Positions 12,742-26,925 of a stretch of 64,000 bases of DNA are shown here, in pieces. Each line of letters starts with the position of its first letter. Position 1 is the first letter of the stretch. This DNA is from Octopus sinensis. Its lineage: Eukaryota. Both the position numbers and the translations under genes were made by a program. The notes under the pieces are model-generated. The model made no database searches and had not been told where the DNA came from. It was given only the letters and a program-made list of their open reading frames with translations. The stretch lies in NCBI RefSeq assembly GCF_006345805.1, contig NC_042999.1, forward strand, positions 147,250,001-147,314,000, in the 5' to 3' direction.

Positions 12742-13974
12742 AAGGGTTTGGACAAAATAATGGAAACAACTTAAACTTTCAAACAAATTTATTTTAATAT
12801 GGGCTACGCACCACTTTTGGCAGTAATTACACCTTGAATTCTATGAGGTATGGACTCGTACAAAGTTTGAATTGTTTCCAAAGGAATTTTTGTCCATTCT
12901 TCAGCTAAAACAATCTTCAGTTCTTGTAGTGATGATGGTGGAGGATATCGACTCCTTACTTGTTTTTCTAAAATACACCATAAACGTTCAATAATATTGA
13001 GATTTGGGGACTGTGGTGACCAGATAAGATGTTCAAATTCACTAGAATATTCCTCGTGCCATTCAGTAACAATTTTAGCTGTTTGAATTGTTGCATTATC
13101 ATCCTGAAAGATTGCCTTTTGCTCCGGAAACAGTTCCACAAACATAGGATAAATTTGATCAGATAAAATGCATAAATAGTCTTGACTATTAATCCTGACA
13201 TGAAGGGAAACCATAGGGCCTGCGGATTTGTAAGATATAGCCCCCCCCCCCGCGCTTCCGCTCCGATCATCACAGATCCTCCTCCATATTTAACAGTTGG
13301 AAGAAGGCAGTCTGGATCAAATGCTTATTTTGGATATCTCCACACGTATTCTCGGCCGGTGGTCCGAAATAACTCGTCCGAGAAAATAACATTCTTCTAC
13401 CCTAGGAACCAATTCGCTAGGTTTTACTCCACTCAAAAAGCTTTGCAACGTTTTTTGTAAAGTAATGGTTTTCTGATTGTACATCTCCCCCGTGAAATCC
13501 GGCTTTGTACAGCTCTGTGAAAACTGGTTTCTCGCGGTGGTCATTAAGCTTTGCAGTAATTTTGGGAGCAGTATTTTTGTGATCTTTTCTAACAATTCGC
13601 GTAAGAGTCCGGCGGTCCCTATCTGAAAGTTTTGGTTTACTTCCAGAGTTTTGTTTCGACGAGGAGGTTTTTTCCATCTTTCTCAAAGGCTATCATTACT
13701 TTCGAGACAGTACTTCTTGATACAGCAAACATTTCGGCTGTTTTCCTTACGCTAGCGCCTGCCACACGAGCACGAACGATTTGACCACTTTAAAGGTCCG
13801 ATAAATCTGTCATTTTAATGAATTTTAATTACCTTTTTTCAGATGATATATATCTGAAACTAAACAGTAATTTTGGCAAAAAATATTAAGCAATATTAAT
13901 AATAAATAAAAACAAAACATAAAAATAAACAAGCTTCTGGCGCTAGGTGTCTCCATTATTTTGTCCAACCCCTG
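12742..13974 (-). mobile_element. Full-length Tc1-family DNA transposon (about 1.23 kb) with a disrupted DD34E transposase
   Basis: TIRs CAGGGGTTGGACAAAATAATGGA(G/A)ACA at about 12742-12771 and 13945-13974. Coding runs from ATG 13813 to 12804 (MTDLSD..GQIV.AR.AGASV..; FQDDNA..W.PQSPNLNIIE.LW). Confidence 0.95.
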
Positions 13975-14440
13975 TGTGTATCTTGAGGCCTGCTGATGTC
14001 TTACAAACCTTTTCGTAAATAGAACATGTTGAGGATTCACTTTGCTCGAGTGTATGTAATTTATTTATAAATTTCTGCACCGTATCACAAAATCACAATA
14101 ACCAAGGGTTTATGGAAAGATACAAGGATGCACTTTGTGATGACAAAAAAAGGCAAAACCACGTAGGAAAACCAACAGAATTCCTTTACAACGAGGTCCT
14201 GCTTTCCATCAAAGTAAGATTGGCCAGAGAAATCGCAATTGCAAATCTTGGTCTTCAGAGCCAGATTTGGAAAGTAAACTAGATGTTGTGCCAATCATTC
14301 TGCAGGAAGATTTTGATAAAGCTGCACTCCAACGCCAAATGCTGAACCTGCCTTTAACCATGTTGTTTGATCAGTTATAAACAAGGAGCAAAAAATATTT
14401 TGCTTGAACGCGAATGGTGGCTCAGAGAAAACTTACACAA

Positions 14441-14770
14441 TCAATCGACCCCAGGACTTATTCTTTGTAAGCCTAGTACTTATTCTATCGGTTCTTTTGC
14501 CGAACCGCTAAGTTACGGGGACGTAAACACACCAGCATCGGGTGTCAAGCGATGTTGGAGGTCAACCATAGACACACAAACACACACACACACACATATA
14601 TATATATACATACACATATATACGATGGGCTTCTTTTAGTTTCCGTCTATTAAATCCACTGACAAGGCTTTGGTCGGCCTGAGGCTATAGTAGGTGCCAC
14701 GCAGTAGGACTGGACCCGGTACCATGTGGTTGGTAAGCAAGCTACTTACCACACAGCTATTCCTGCGCCT
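14441..14770 (-). mobile_element. SINE family A (GTGTGGTAAGTAGCTTGCT..)
   Basis: Homologous to copies at 23809, 48401 and 58291. Confidence 0.9.
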
Positions 14771-14779
14771 ATATATAAT

Positions 14780-14955
14780 TTTTCGAAATTATTCAATACA
14801 GCAATAGAAAAATACTCTCCTAAAAATCACAGCTATCGTGGAATTTTTAACAAACACAAAATCCGTTTGGTTTATTTTAATAGTCGAAACATTGAACAAA
14901 TAATAAAGGACCACAACGAAAACATAATCTCGAAAGTCTGCAAGAAACTATTCTG
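14780..14955 (+). pseudogene. Penelope-like (Naiad-type) RT-to-endonuclease linker fragment
   Basis: FSKLFNTAIEKYSPKNHSYRGIFNKHKIRLVYFNSRNIEQIIKDHNENII resembles F..LIDKHFP..H....IFN...VK.SYS...N...II..HN..IL. Confidence 0.65.
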
Positions 14956-15030
14956 ACCAAAGTGGAAAAGTGAATATTCAGGATAATAATAGTAATATAA
15001 ACGATGTCAAACTGAATATAAAAGCTGATA

Positions 15031-15900
15031 TATTGGGTTGGCAACTAAGTTCCCGCCGTTTTTAAAATTTTGGAATTTATTGCGTTTTTAAATTTGGAAT
15101 CTATTTTTTTTCGAGAATTCTATTTTTGAATCAATTTGGAATTTGTTTGTTTTTTCTTTTCTAGTTAATTTTATTTTTTTATTTTTTTTCAGATCATTAA
15201 AATGGAATGTGAATTTAAGAAAAACGAGCATTTTCGACACCGCCTTCTCTTTGCTTTTAATCTAGGTTCTAAGGTTGCAAAAGCTGCTTCCGACATTTGT
15301 GTTGTGTATGGAGAGGGTGCCATAGCTGAAAGAACTGCTCATGATTGATATGCCAAGTTAAAAAATGGAAACTTTGACCTCAAATTCGCATCTGGTTCTG
15401 ACATCAAGTTGAGTTCTTTGAAGAGCGATTAAACCAACTTTTGCACGAAAATTCTCGTCAAACGACAAGGGAACTGGCAGGGGAAATGGAATGCTCCCAC
15501 ACTGCTAAAGGGAAACATCTTCACTCGATGGGAGAGGTTCAGAAGTATGGAGCGTGACTTCCGCATGCTTAAAGTGACAACAGCAAAAATCAACGAGCCA
15601 GAATCTCCGCTGGTTTGCTTGTTCGTCACCGCTCAACTCATGGACACAAGTAACGATTTCTTTACTGAATCGTTACTGGCGATGAAAAATGATGCCTGTA
15701 CATTAATATGAAGCAATGTAAGGAATGGCTTAGCCTCGATAAAAAAACCGACACCTCGCGTGAAACAAGAGATTCATCCTCGTAAAACGATGTTGTGCGG
15801 GATGGGATTATCCATTACGAATTGCTTGAACAGAACCAAACGGTCAATGCGGAACTCTAAGTTCAACAGATGAAACGACTCAACACGGCTATTCAAGACA
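15031..15900 (+). mobile_element. Mariner relic: left TIR plus 5' two-thirds of transposase
   Basis: TA-TTGGGTTGGCAACTAAGTTCCCGCCG TIR. ATG at 15202 gives KNEHFRH.LLFAFN..A..IC.VYGEGAIAERTA..; the WLPH.L, RIVTGDEK and GIIHYELL motifs are broken by stops and frameshifts. Confidence 0.9.
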
Positions 15901-16039
15901 AAAGTTTTACAAGTTTTTGCAGTTCAGTGATGGCTTGGTTCAGTAGTTTTCAAATTAGCTTCTTCCTTTCTGCTTTTGAGAAGCCTAATTTCTCAAAATT
16001 GTTATTTAAGTAATGTATTACATATCGCAGTGCACCAAT

Positions 16040-16810
16040 AATTACCTGAACTTGTAATCTAGATAGAGTAACTTCAGATTTCTCAATAGTTCATTCATCT
16101 TCAGCTTTATGTTAACATCCGCTGGGCAGCTGATTTCCACAGCTGTATACAATTTCTTTTCTATTTCCAAAATTAATACATCAGCTTTCATGTGTTTACA
16201 TTTTATTGAGGTTTTCACTGGGACATTCACGCGGTACACATATTTATTAAGAGTGACTATGGCTTCTTCCATACTGTGAGTTCTTATTTCTTTGTTTTCG
16301 AGATTATTCTTCCTACAGATTTCATTATAGAGTGTCCTAGCTACAACACTATGTCTCATCGGTAGATGATACTGTGATGACATCTTCAGACTACTGCTTA
16401 TGATGTAGGTGATATCTTTGGTGTTAGCTCCAAAAAGTCTGCATCGTTTGTCACATTTTACTGCTTTTCCCTCATCTCTTTTCTACATCAGGTATTCGGT
16501 TGATATTTCCTGTTTCTGGATAGCAAACTCATACATATCAAAGTGGAAGGTAGTAAGTAATTCGTTTCTTGGTCCATGATAGACTACTATGATGATCAAT
16601 ATTACTGCCATCTTGGAGTTTTCTACTAACATTTGCATACATGGTCTTCCACTGATATGTGCTCATCCTTTTATCTGCTGATATGTTGTGGTAGCGTCGT
16701 GCTACTTGCTTGAGCACGTATTTAATGTTATCAGATAAGTAATGCTGCCTTCTAAGTCTTATGATGTTATCAGCTGCCTGTATGCAAACTTGGCCAAGGG
16801 ATGCACTTTG

Positions 16811-16844
<34 letters not shown>

Positions 16845-17060
16845 TGTATGTATGCATGCATGCATGTATGTATGTATGCATGCATGTATGTATGTATTCT
16901 AAATATGCGAGCAATGAGAAAATTATTGCGATTAATTGTTATGAATCTCGTCGGATGTAATAAAGCATTTATCATTTGATTCTGGACGCAACACACATCA
17001 ACAGTGACCTGGTAGGACGAGTGTATCAAAACGAGGCATTCAGCCACTTCATTTATAGAA
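16040..17060 (-). pseudogene. R4/Dong-like RLE LINE C-terminal relic, interrupted by (TACA)n at 16810-16895
   Basis: FAIQKQEIST..RCRL..ITYIISS..MRHSVVA (decayed CCHC), followed by DVLILEIEKK..VEISCPAD.N (RLE). Confidence 0.75.
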
Positions 17061-17399
17061 GGCAACAGGTGTTATGAAAACAAACATGTAAACTAGGCGG
17101 TCAAATTTGAACGGACCTAAATACATTAATATTATACATACCCACCCGACTTAAAAGGTGAAGTATGTACTAATTATAGGAGTTTATCCGCACATTAGTT
17201 TTTACGAACTTCTGAAGTATGGATTCGCTTATATGATAAGAGGAATAATCAACATGTTATACATGATTAAACCAGTACCTGTTGACTGTGAACATTGTAA
17301 GATTAGTGAAAATATGAATTTGTGAACAAGGTAATAAAAATTGTATCTCGAATTCCATTATCACACACAACAACACAGACCACTCCACACACACATACA

Positions 17400-17766
17400 C
17401 ATAAACGCACACTCAGTGACACACACACGTATGTATGTGTGTATGTATGTATGTATGTATGTATGTATGTATGTGTATGTATGTATGTAAGTATGTATTA
17501 TATTAATTCTTCACGGCATAGACATCATTCTTAATTCTCGGCGAATATCTAATTGTTGGCACTTTATGAAATAAAGTATTTCCGAGTGCATCCCCAGCAG
17601 TGCCATATACCTTTCTGCCACCTTGGTGTCTCACTCTATCCACTTTCTTCCCCTCCCGCTCTCTCCCCCTCTCTCTCTGTCTTTCTCTCTGACTTCCTCT
17701 CTCGTTCTCTCTCTATACACATTTATATATATATGTATATTTGTATATTTATATGTATGTATGTAC

Positions 17767-17799
<33 letters not shown>

Positions 17800-18021
17800 T
17801 ATATATGTATATATATATGTACATACATATATATGTATATATAATATACATGTATGTGTTTATGTATATATATATACACATATATATGTATGTACATATA
17901 TATATATATGTACATATGTGTTTATGTATATATATATACATAAACTCATACATGTATATTATATATATACATATATATGTATGTACATATATATATATAT
18001 TATATATATATATATATATAA

Positions 18022-18054
<33 letters not shown>

Positions 18055-18080
18055 GGATATGAATATATATGTGTATGTAT
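17400..18080. repeat. (ATGT)n and long degenerate (TA)n tracts
   Basis: Directly visible. Confidence 0.95.
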
Positions 18081-20984
18081 AACACTCTTTCACTTTCCTT
18101 TTCTCTCAGTTCTAAATACTATAACGCATCAAATGAAGTTAGATAGACGGCTAATAATATTACACTGCTAAAGCGTTCAGTACAGTTGACTGAAGGAATT
18201 TAGTATGCTACTTTGTTACGTGTCTGTTGGGAAACGATTAATGTAGTTTGATTTAATAATTTCTTTGCAAATCAATCATTTTGGGATTATGTAAAGTTAA
18301 TTATGAGTATTTTTGTTATGTTCTTTCTTTTTTGTTTGTTTTTGGGAACTTATCATGTTGTCGAGTAATGGTGCGTAAAATGCCTTTGTTGTGTTGGATA
18401 AAGCTTAGATGGGAATACATTCTTGCATCGGTTAGAGTAGTAATGGCGATATTGGCGGAAGAGTATAAAGAAAACATGTACAAAATCAATTCGATTCCGT
18501 TAGGATGTTCTTGAAGACTAGCTAATTGCTAAAGTGGCTATTGAAATAGATCAGCGTAAACAGGAAGTCTTAGTTCCCCATTGTTTTTTTAACAATAGCT
18601 TGATGAAATGAAACAAAATTATGAAAGTAATTGAATATTCAAAGAAAAATAATTGCTTAGTCTAACTATCTGACTATTAAACCAGTTAGACTATTATATA
18701 CGGGTAATTTTGTCGTTTTTATAATATTCTGCTTTGCAGTCTCTTCAGAGTCGTGTCCTACTGATCAAAGCTATCGTCATAATATACATTGATATATTTC
18801 TGAAGTCAATCGGACCGAAAAATTTTTCAAAATTATACAAGGGAAGACGTTTGAAATGAGAATATAGTGAACAAAATACTTATTAGATATACGGTAACTT
18901 TGTTACAACAGCGAAGATAATTTGCATGAGCAAGACCAAAAGGCTTACAACGACCTAAACCACTTAATTTCCCTCACTGCCCGTTTAAAAGAAAAGCAAA
19001 TCCCCGAAACTTCATATTCGCAAAACTTCAGCAATTGAAATTATCGACCTTTTTGATTATCCCTCTTCTGAACCATTAAGCTTTTGTCATACTGATGGTA
19101 AATAAATCCGATTACTTTTATCTCCTTCCTTAATTATTCTTGAGTTCATTGGAGTAGAAACACAGCTTTGAATTCTATATGCTGGTCTATCAACAGAAAA
19201 CTGCGAATGAAAGTTGACAGCTATCAGGATTGGATTGGCGATGTATTTCGAATAGTATAACTTATAAAGGGGTTCAAAACAGCTTTACAGTTGGTCTGTC
19301 GGAGTGTCCACTTTGATTTGCATCACTTCTCATACAGCTACCTACGTGAAGGTCATAGGAGTTTGTATCATAATTTTCTCCCATCATATAAGGGTAAATG
19401 TAATTATACGGATACGTTAGTGATTACGTGAGTATGGAGAATGAGATTGTGTAGTAGGAGTTATTTGTTCCCGGGAAGAAACGTATCTACAATCAAACTG
19501 TTCATTATTATGTCCAAATATAATGCTTTGACCTGTTTTAAGGTCAACGAGAGATTATAAGGCAAACTGAATTGGCGGAACTCATATTCTGAAATTCGAA
19601 GATACGTGATTTAGAGTATTATAATGTTTTTTTTTTATTCATTTCGGTTATTAAAACTTCTTGATCTATACAGAATACTGAGGCACGAAATCAGCTCTGT
19701 CATACTTGCTAGTCTTTGAGGCGCTGTATAGGTGATATCTTCTCCATACACCACGAATACAAATATACCACAAGCTTGGTCTTTGCTATGCGTAATATAA
19801 TATATAGTAATAAATCGCAATAAATCATTTTGAAATAATGAAACACAAGTCTTTGTATATTTTCAAGCATGCAAAGAATTCAAGATTTTATGAGCTAAAG
19901 ACGTGCTATGGTTCAGGCAGAAATCAAATATTCGTTGCAATAGCTTCACATGAGGTATCTTCCTCTTTGACTATACAAAGAGTTAATGCATAAAATATAT
20001 GTACACACTGTTCGTGCAATGATTTATAAGGAGCAAAACTATCTTTAGTTTAACAGAGCTATATGAATATTAATTTTATATTATTTTTGTTTTCATACAA
20101 GGACACACCATTTGAAACATTTCCTCGGGCCATTGCATGCCTCACGTCTTTTACACAACGCAGTCAAGGATAATCACGCCGAAAACTGCATTGCCCCAGA
20201 TAACAATCAAATGCAGTATAACAGTGATTTCATGCTGTGATTCAATTCGTGACATGGATGATGATGCCTCGCTATTAAAAAAAAGTTGAATGAGATGGTT
20301 TTATATAAAATCATACTCTAATTAATAGTGTTATCGTACAAATAAACATCTTTCATAAACCACCGGAGACTCCCGATTACTGGTGCGTAACCAACGTTCT
20401 ATGCTGTAATAAGCCTCACTGCACATAACCAGCTATTTAAATAAGAAATATAAAAGCATGCAAAGACATATATTAAAATATTCGAGTAGTACTTTAAAAT
20501 TTTTAATCGTATGATGTAGGGAATACTGCATATTTTTTTCATGTTTGCGAGTGTCCTTTCACACTGTAGACGGAGAGGCGGACAGCGTGACATCATGGAG
20601 TGAAGTATGAATATCACAAAATGTAATTGCTCACTCTTATAAATATTGTGGCCATATCCTCAAGAACGAAAACAAAATACAGTGCAGTGTTCGGCGGAAT
20701 TCTGCAAACCGTACCCTCTTTCTAGTGAAATTTAGCTATTAAATAAAATAAATTCACATAAATTTCATAGAAATTACACTGAGAAGCTATTTCATATAAT
20801 AAAATTTCAGCATTGCGTGTTATGGCGGCGATATGATTTTTTCTTTTACCTCTACTCTAGCAACCACTATAAAGCTTTGCTTGTACTTATTCAGAAAGCA
20901 AATACTGAAGGATATATATTCAAAAATTGATAATAATCACAGCGGTCAATGTAAATGTTTCTGTTAATAATACTGTACTACACA

Positions 20985-20996
20985 CACACAAACATA

Positions 20997-21033
<37 letters not shown>

Positions 21034-21092
21034 ACATACATATATACACATATATGTACACGTATACATACACACATGCACACATATATATA

Positions 21093-21139
<47 letters not shown>

Positions 21140-21196
21140 CAGATAGACAGACAGACAGAGAAAGAGAGAGAGACAGACAGACAGACCGACAGACAA

Positions 21197-21230
<34 letters not shown>
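20985..21230. repeat. (TA)/(GACA)/(CA) compound microsatellite
   Basis: Directly visible. Confidence 0.95.
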
Positions 21231-21232
<2 letters not shown>

Positions 21233-21456
21233 TTTCTATTTAATACTTTTAATCAACCCTGAAACACTGTCAAGTGGTCCTTAACCTACACACTGAATAA
21301 AAATATTTACTATTGAGTAGAACAATTTCCAAGAAAGGAAAATAGTGAATTTTACGTTTTAAAATATATGAAGCAATCTCTAGTGATGTTGTGTTGTCAT
21401 TCCAAACAATTCCACTTTAACCGGATCTACGTGAATTTTAATTTTCTATATAATCT

Positions 21457-21640
21457 AAGGTGGCGAGCTGCTAAATTTGTTATCACGGCGGACAAAATAT
21501 CTAGTGGCATTTCTTTCGGTTCTGCTAAGTTGAGATTTTGCCGAGGTCGACTTTGCCGTTCATTATTTCGGTGTCAGTAAAATAACAAATAGTTGAATAG
21601 TGGGATCGATGTCATCGCCTAGGTCATTCCCCCAATATTT
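21457..21640 (+). mobile_element. SINE family B, degenerate
   Basis: AAGGTGGCGAGCTG..GCCGAGGTCGACTTTGCC. Confidence 0.7.
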
Positions 21641-23808
21641 CAGGACTTGCGTCAAGATTAGGAAGAAAAAAAAGAAAGAAAGAAAGAAAGACACAAAGAC
21701 AGAAAGAAAGGAAGGAAGAAGAAAAGAAAGAAAGGAAGAAAGGAAGAAAGAAAGAAAGAGGCGCAAGTACATCAGAGTATAAGACTCGTATTGCAAACCT
21801 GCACAAAAAATGCCATTCACTGTTCTATAAAAGCACAGTAGCTTCATGAGTTTTAATTAATCTTGATGACAAAAAATATCATGACATCGATGATAACTAG
21901 AATAGCATGTAATAAGTTTGATACTATTGTCATCAATATTTGCTTAGCTTCTAGTCGCAGAGCCTACGACACATCTAAGAAGGAAGTTTATTCAAACAAG
22001 AAATTTGTTCCACGTGTTAGTACTAAATTGGAAGACAGTTTATTTTTACTATTGAAATAGGTGAAGGTAATATTTGAACTTAGATTCCAGGGAGCTTTGA
22101 ACAATCACCTGAATTCATCCAGACAGGCAGTCTTATAGCATTTAATTATTACGCTTTTCATACGTTGAAGCAACAACATGTGAAAGGAGGACATTAAATA
22201 CGCGTATACAAAATATATTGATAGACGGGTGACTATTACTCGTGGTATGGGAGTGTTGCCATCAAGGTCAATTCAACGAACCACACAGATTCTGCATCAA
22301 TCTGATCAAAGATGTACGAACCCTCACCACACTATTTTTTTCAATAACCAACTCCATAATTTGAGCAGTTCTCTTCATTCTGACCATTTTAGCCACATCT
22401 CCATTCTTCACAAAATCACTTCTCTCTCTCTCCCCCTCTCTTTCTCTCTCTCGTTCTGTATATATTCGTCTCTTATTGCTATCGGTTATAAGTCATACAC
22501 GTAGCTCTCAGCACTCGTGTTACTTTGCACCTTCTACCGATTGAAAAGTATTGAAAAACACTGATTATTACCGTTTAATTGACAAGCCTTGTTCCCGAAA
22601 ACATTAACTGTTATCAGCATATAGATTCCTATTACTGAGTTCCATATTAAAAACATTACACAAAATAGCATTTAAATTTTTGTAATACCCTGTTGTCAAA
22701 GAAAAATGGCCATTGTTATTACTGGTCAATATGAAAACGACAACTCAATAGAATTTTTTTAGATTAATCTGTATTTATATATTAAATCTCTCTCTAAAAT
22801 GATGGCTTTGTAATTATATTACGTAGCATGAATAACAAACAAAGCAAAAGATTTAAGAAAAAAATCTTAAGTGGTTTAAAGATTGAAACTTGACAATTCA
22901 CAGTGAACAGTACCTTTAAAATAGTAATTTTCTAGAAACAAGATTAAATTTCGAGACTTGTCAATACCATATCTACACAGAATCTACTGATCTTCTACAG
23001 TATATCCTTAGGATTTCATTGTACACATCAGCTGTCGGAAAAGAATTATCTTCAAATATTACTCGCAATCTCATGACTAAAAATAAATTACCAACGTTAG
23101 AGATTGCTCTAATGAAGTATTATCTTAGAACAGTTAGGTAAAAGAAGATAATGTACGTCAGAAATACAATTACACAAGAGGAAAAAATACACTAAATATA
23201 TTGACGCATATTCTTTCTTGCAATATTAAAGTAATTATATCGCGAGAATGTTACCAAGACCTGTACTTACATACCTTCCAAATCGTCACAGATAAATTAG
23301 TATTCTCAAATATAACAATATTATGATTAGCTATTGTAAATGTTGTAAATAATATAGCAGAGTCCTTTTTTCGAACTTTATCATGGCAAATATTTGCCTT
23401 TCCCTCATCGCTAATACTTTTCAATTATGCAGTTGAATAAACACCGTACTCATTCCTGATAGCAGATGTGTCACAAGCTTTATAATCTTTTATGCTAAAA
23501 CGTGATCAGGGAATGTATCAATTACGAAAGAATAAACATTCCATGTTGTCATCAATATGCAGAAGTAATTTGCAGAAATTCTGGCAGACACTACTTTGTT
23601 AAAATATATTAAGGAACTGAAAAATAAAGCTTCAGTTTCGAAATTTGTGTGAGCAATTTGAATGTTTCTAAAGTATAGATCCTAATTACATATTGTCAAT
23701 TTTGTTTCATTTCTCAGTTGAGTGAAATCTTCTAACGCGGCAACCTAATGAGAAAATTATGACACTTAGAATAGTAAAGTATTTTTTTATGTGAGAAGTT
23801 ATATAATA

Positions 23809-24118
23809 GGCGTAGGAGCGGCTGTGTGGTAAGTAGGTTGCTTTCGAACTACATGTTTCCGGGTTCAGTCCTACTGCGTGGTATCTTGGGCAAGTGTCTT
23901 CTACTATAGCCTCGGCCCGACCAAAACCTTGTGGGTCGAATTGGTAGACGGAAACTGAAAGAAGCCCGTCGTATATGTGTATATATGTATGTGTGTGTAT
24001 ATCTTTTTGTGTCTGTGTTTGTACCCCCAACATCGCTTGAGAACCGATGCTGGTGTGTTTGCGTCCCCGTAAACTAGCGGTTCGGCAAAACAGTCCGATA
24101 GAATAAGTACTAGGCTTA
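23809..24118 (+). mobile_element. SINE family A
   Basis: GGCGTAGGAGCGGCTGTGTGGTAAG..GGTTCAGTCC..CTTGGGCAAGTGTCTTCTACTATAGCC. Confidence 0.9.
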
Positions 24119-26515
24119 GGTAAATTTCCAACTCAAATCCCTACTTACAATATTTTGTATAATTTTGTTATCGGCCATATAATACTTGACATTTATGATT
24201 CAATCAGCATTTTTATCCCTACACTTCTCCTATTTCATGTTCTTTGTTTCTTCTCTTTTTCTCCGTTACTGAAATCCATCCTCTTTTCTTTTCCTTCTAA
24301 GGGCCTTTTTGTAAATAATATGATTTATATACCTCCTACTTTTTTTCATTTAAGCACACATCTCTTTCCATCTTCAAATACCAAACATCATTCATGTAGC
24401 GATTTTTTAAAAAATGTATAGCAATTTTAAACTTTACTATTCTTAAATTATTCTCCATTCATATTTAACAACTAAACCTTCCATTTCGTAAATTCATTCC
24501 ATTGTTTAAACATTCATCCTCGTTGTCGTTTGTCTTGATATCATCCTGTGTTTTCTCATTTTATCACTTTTTTATCTTCTAATTTATCATTCTCTATTTT
24601 TGTTTCTACTTTCTTTTCATCAACGTTTGGCTATTTACCTCTGTTGTCTAGTATATTCTTTACCAGCTCTTATATCATTGCTTCTTCGTAATCAATCAAA
24701 TTATTTATTTTCAAATGAAAGTCCTTAAAAAAGCCAAGTTACTTCCACATAGATGCCAGTTTTCTGCTGAATTACAACTAAGTGACGATGCAAAATCTAA
24801 AGCTGAGATATAGAGACACATCGTGCTTATATGCATTAAATTATAGTTGAACATTTGCATATATCGGTGAAATAGCAGTGCTTGCATGTATGTATGTATG
24901 TATGTATGTATTTATGTATGTATGTATGTATGTATGCATGCATGTGTGCATGTATGTATGTGTGCATGCGTGTGTGTATGTATGTGCGTATGAGGTGGCG
25001 AGCTGGGAGAATCGTTAGCACGCCGGACACGCTGGCTCTAAATTCAATAGAAAATCTGGTGACATATATTACAAGTGATTGTCTCGCACTACTAACACAC
25101 GTAGGATACGGTATTGATTCATAAACCGCTAATATACTTGATAGTACCTTACGGTCACAAAATGGAATACAGTATTCCTACCAGGAATTAATATGTCCTT
25201 ACCAGTTGTTAGTGTTACATCGCTTAACTTACTGGATATTTAGGCACTGTGTTCGTGGATAGTTAATGGTTTGGATGTGGTGCTGAAGAAGGAATGACTT
25301 CTGAAGTATGCATTTTCACCCATTACCAATTTTTCTATCTTCGATCGCATTGTTTATGAAGACGTATTCGTATACTAAACGTCGTAACTTTCAGTGCAGG
25401 CTCTATATTCCATAGAAAACTTATTGAGATAAATTGAATGCGACTTTATCACACTGATAACACAAAAGAAGGACACAATATTGAATGTGTGTACGTATAC
25501 AATTTGATGAACTACTAATTGTCCAGAATCGGATAAAGAATTCAAGATGTTGATAAATGTCAACAATGAATTTATACGAGATAAATGCACGGTATTTTGT
25601 TTACAATGCATTAGACAAATGAATAATAACAACAGTTATTACAAGATATAAAATCGCAAACGAAGTATGCATGGTTTTCTCTTCACACATAAGGACCGCT
25701 AATATAAACGGGTAATATTGCACTAATTTTAAAACTGTTATTAACATTCCTCTAAGATTTAGTTGACTTATTCAATTAAGCACTTCCTTTGAAAAACATC
25801 CATACATCAAATTATGACCTCACAGATTCGAATCCACTCCACATATTTCTGATGTACGATTACTTTCACACACATTTTTCGTATCATTTTACAATAATAT
25901 TTGTCTTTCGTTTGACAGTAACAGGAACATCCGGCCAATTGTAACGAAACATTTTCTTGCATGTATACTGACGTATAAGAGCGTATGTTTATCGATCTAA
26001 GTAAATTTATACAAATATTGACATGGTTAACAAGCTCAGGTTAATTACACGATTTCTACTTCTGAAGTATAATAATCCTGCTCGTTTGTTAGAAGCGTCT
26101 ATTTTTATTTGATTCATATCCTTATTTGCTTAATGAATGTGTTGCTATGTAGAAATGCAAGGTCTCCAAATGTCTGCCGAGGGGCTTTTGCAGTAAAGAA
26201 ATCATGGAACTGAAAATAATAAGCTGCGCATAAAATAGATTAATTTCTGATAAAGCTTTTGTCGCTAATTAAGAATTCGAATTAATATTATCACAATTCC
26301 ATTAGTTAGAAATGGATATACTTCTAATTAGCTGTCGATATAGGCATAAGCAATAGAAATGATGTACAATTTAAAGAAAATAATTCAAATGAAACTCAGT
26401 AAGTAAGGAATTAAGTAAAACGAAAGGCAAATTAAAACTTTATTTTCAATATTATGCAAATATATGTTATTTTTTGCATGTTAAAGAATATCCGAGCTAG
26501 AAACATAATAATAAT

Positions 26516-26561
26516 GATACATACATACATACATACATACATACATACATACATACATACA

Positions 26562-26595
<34 letters not shown>

Positions 26596-26831
26596 CATAC
26601 ATACATATATACATACATACATACATACGTACGTACATACATACATACATACATATATACATACACACATACATACATACACACAAACATCACACACTTA
26701 CTTAAGGCAAAAAAGTAAGAATAACAATAACAACAACAATAATAATAATATGAAAAATAATAATAGTATGAGTAATACTACTAATAACGGCAACAAAAAC
26801 AGCAGCAGCAATGCAACAATAACCATAACAG

Positions 26832-26890
<59 letters not shown>

Positions 26891-26925
26891 ATGATGATGA
26901 TGATGATGATGACGATGATGATGTA
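26516..26925. repeat. (TACA)n and (GAT)n microsatellites
   Basis: Directly visible. Confidence 0.95.

Noticed and set aside
24150-24720. Possible L1/Tx1 relics on the minus strand (also 48900-49750)
   Set aside because: Strand-biased composition is suggestive, but no motif could be pinned down.
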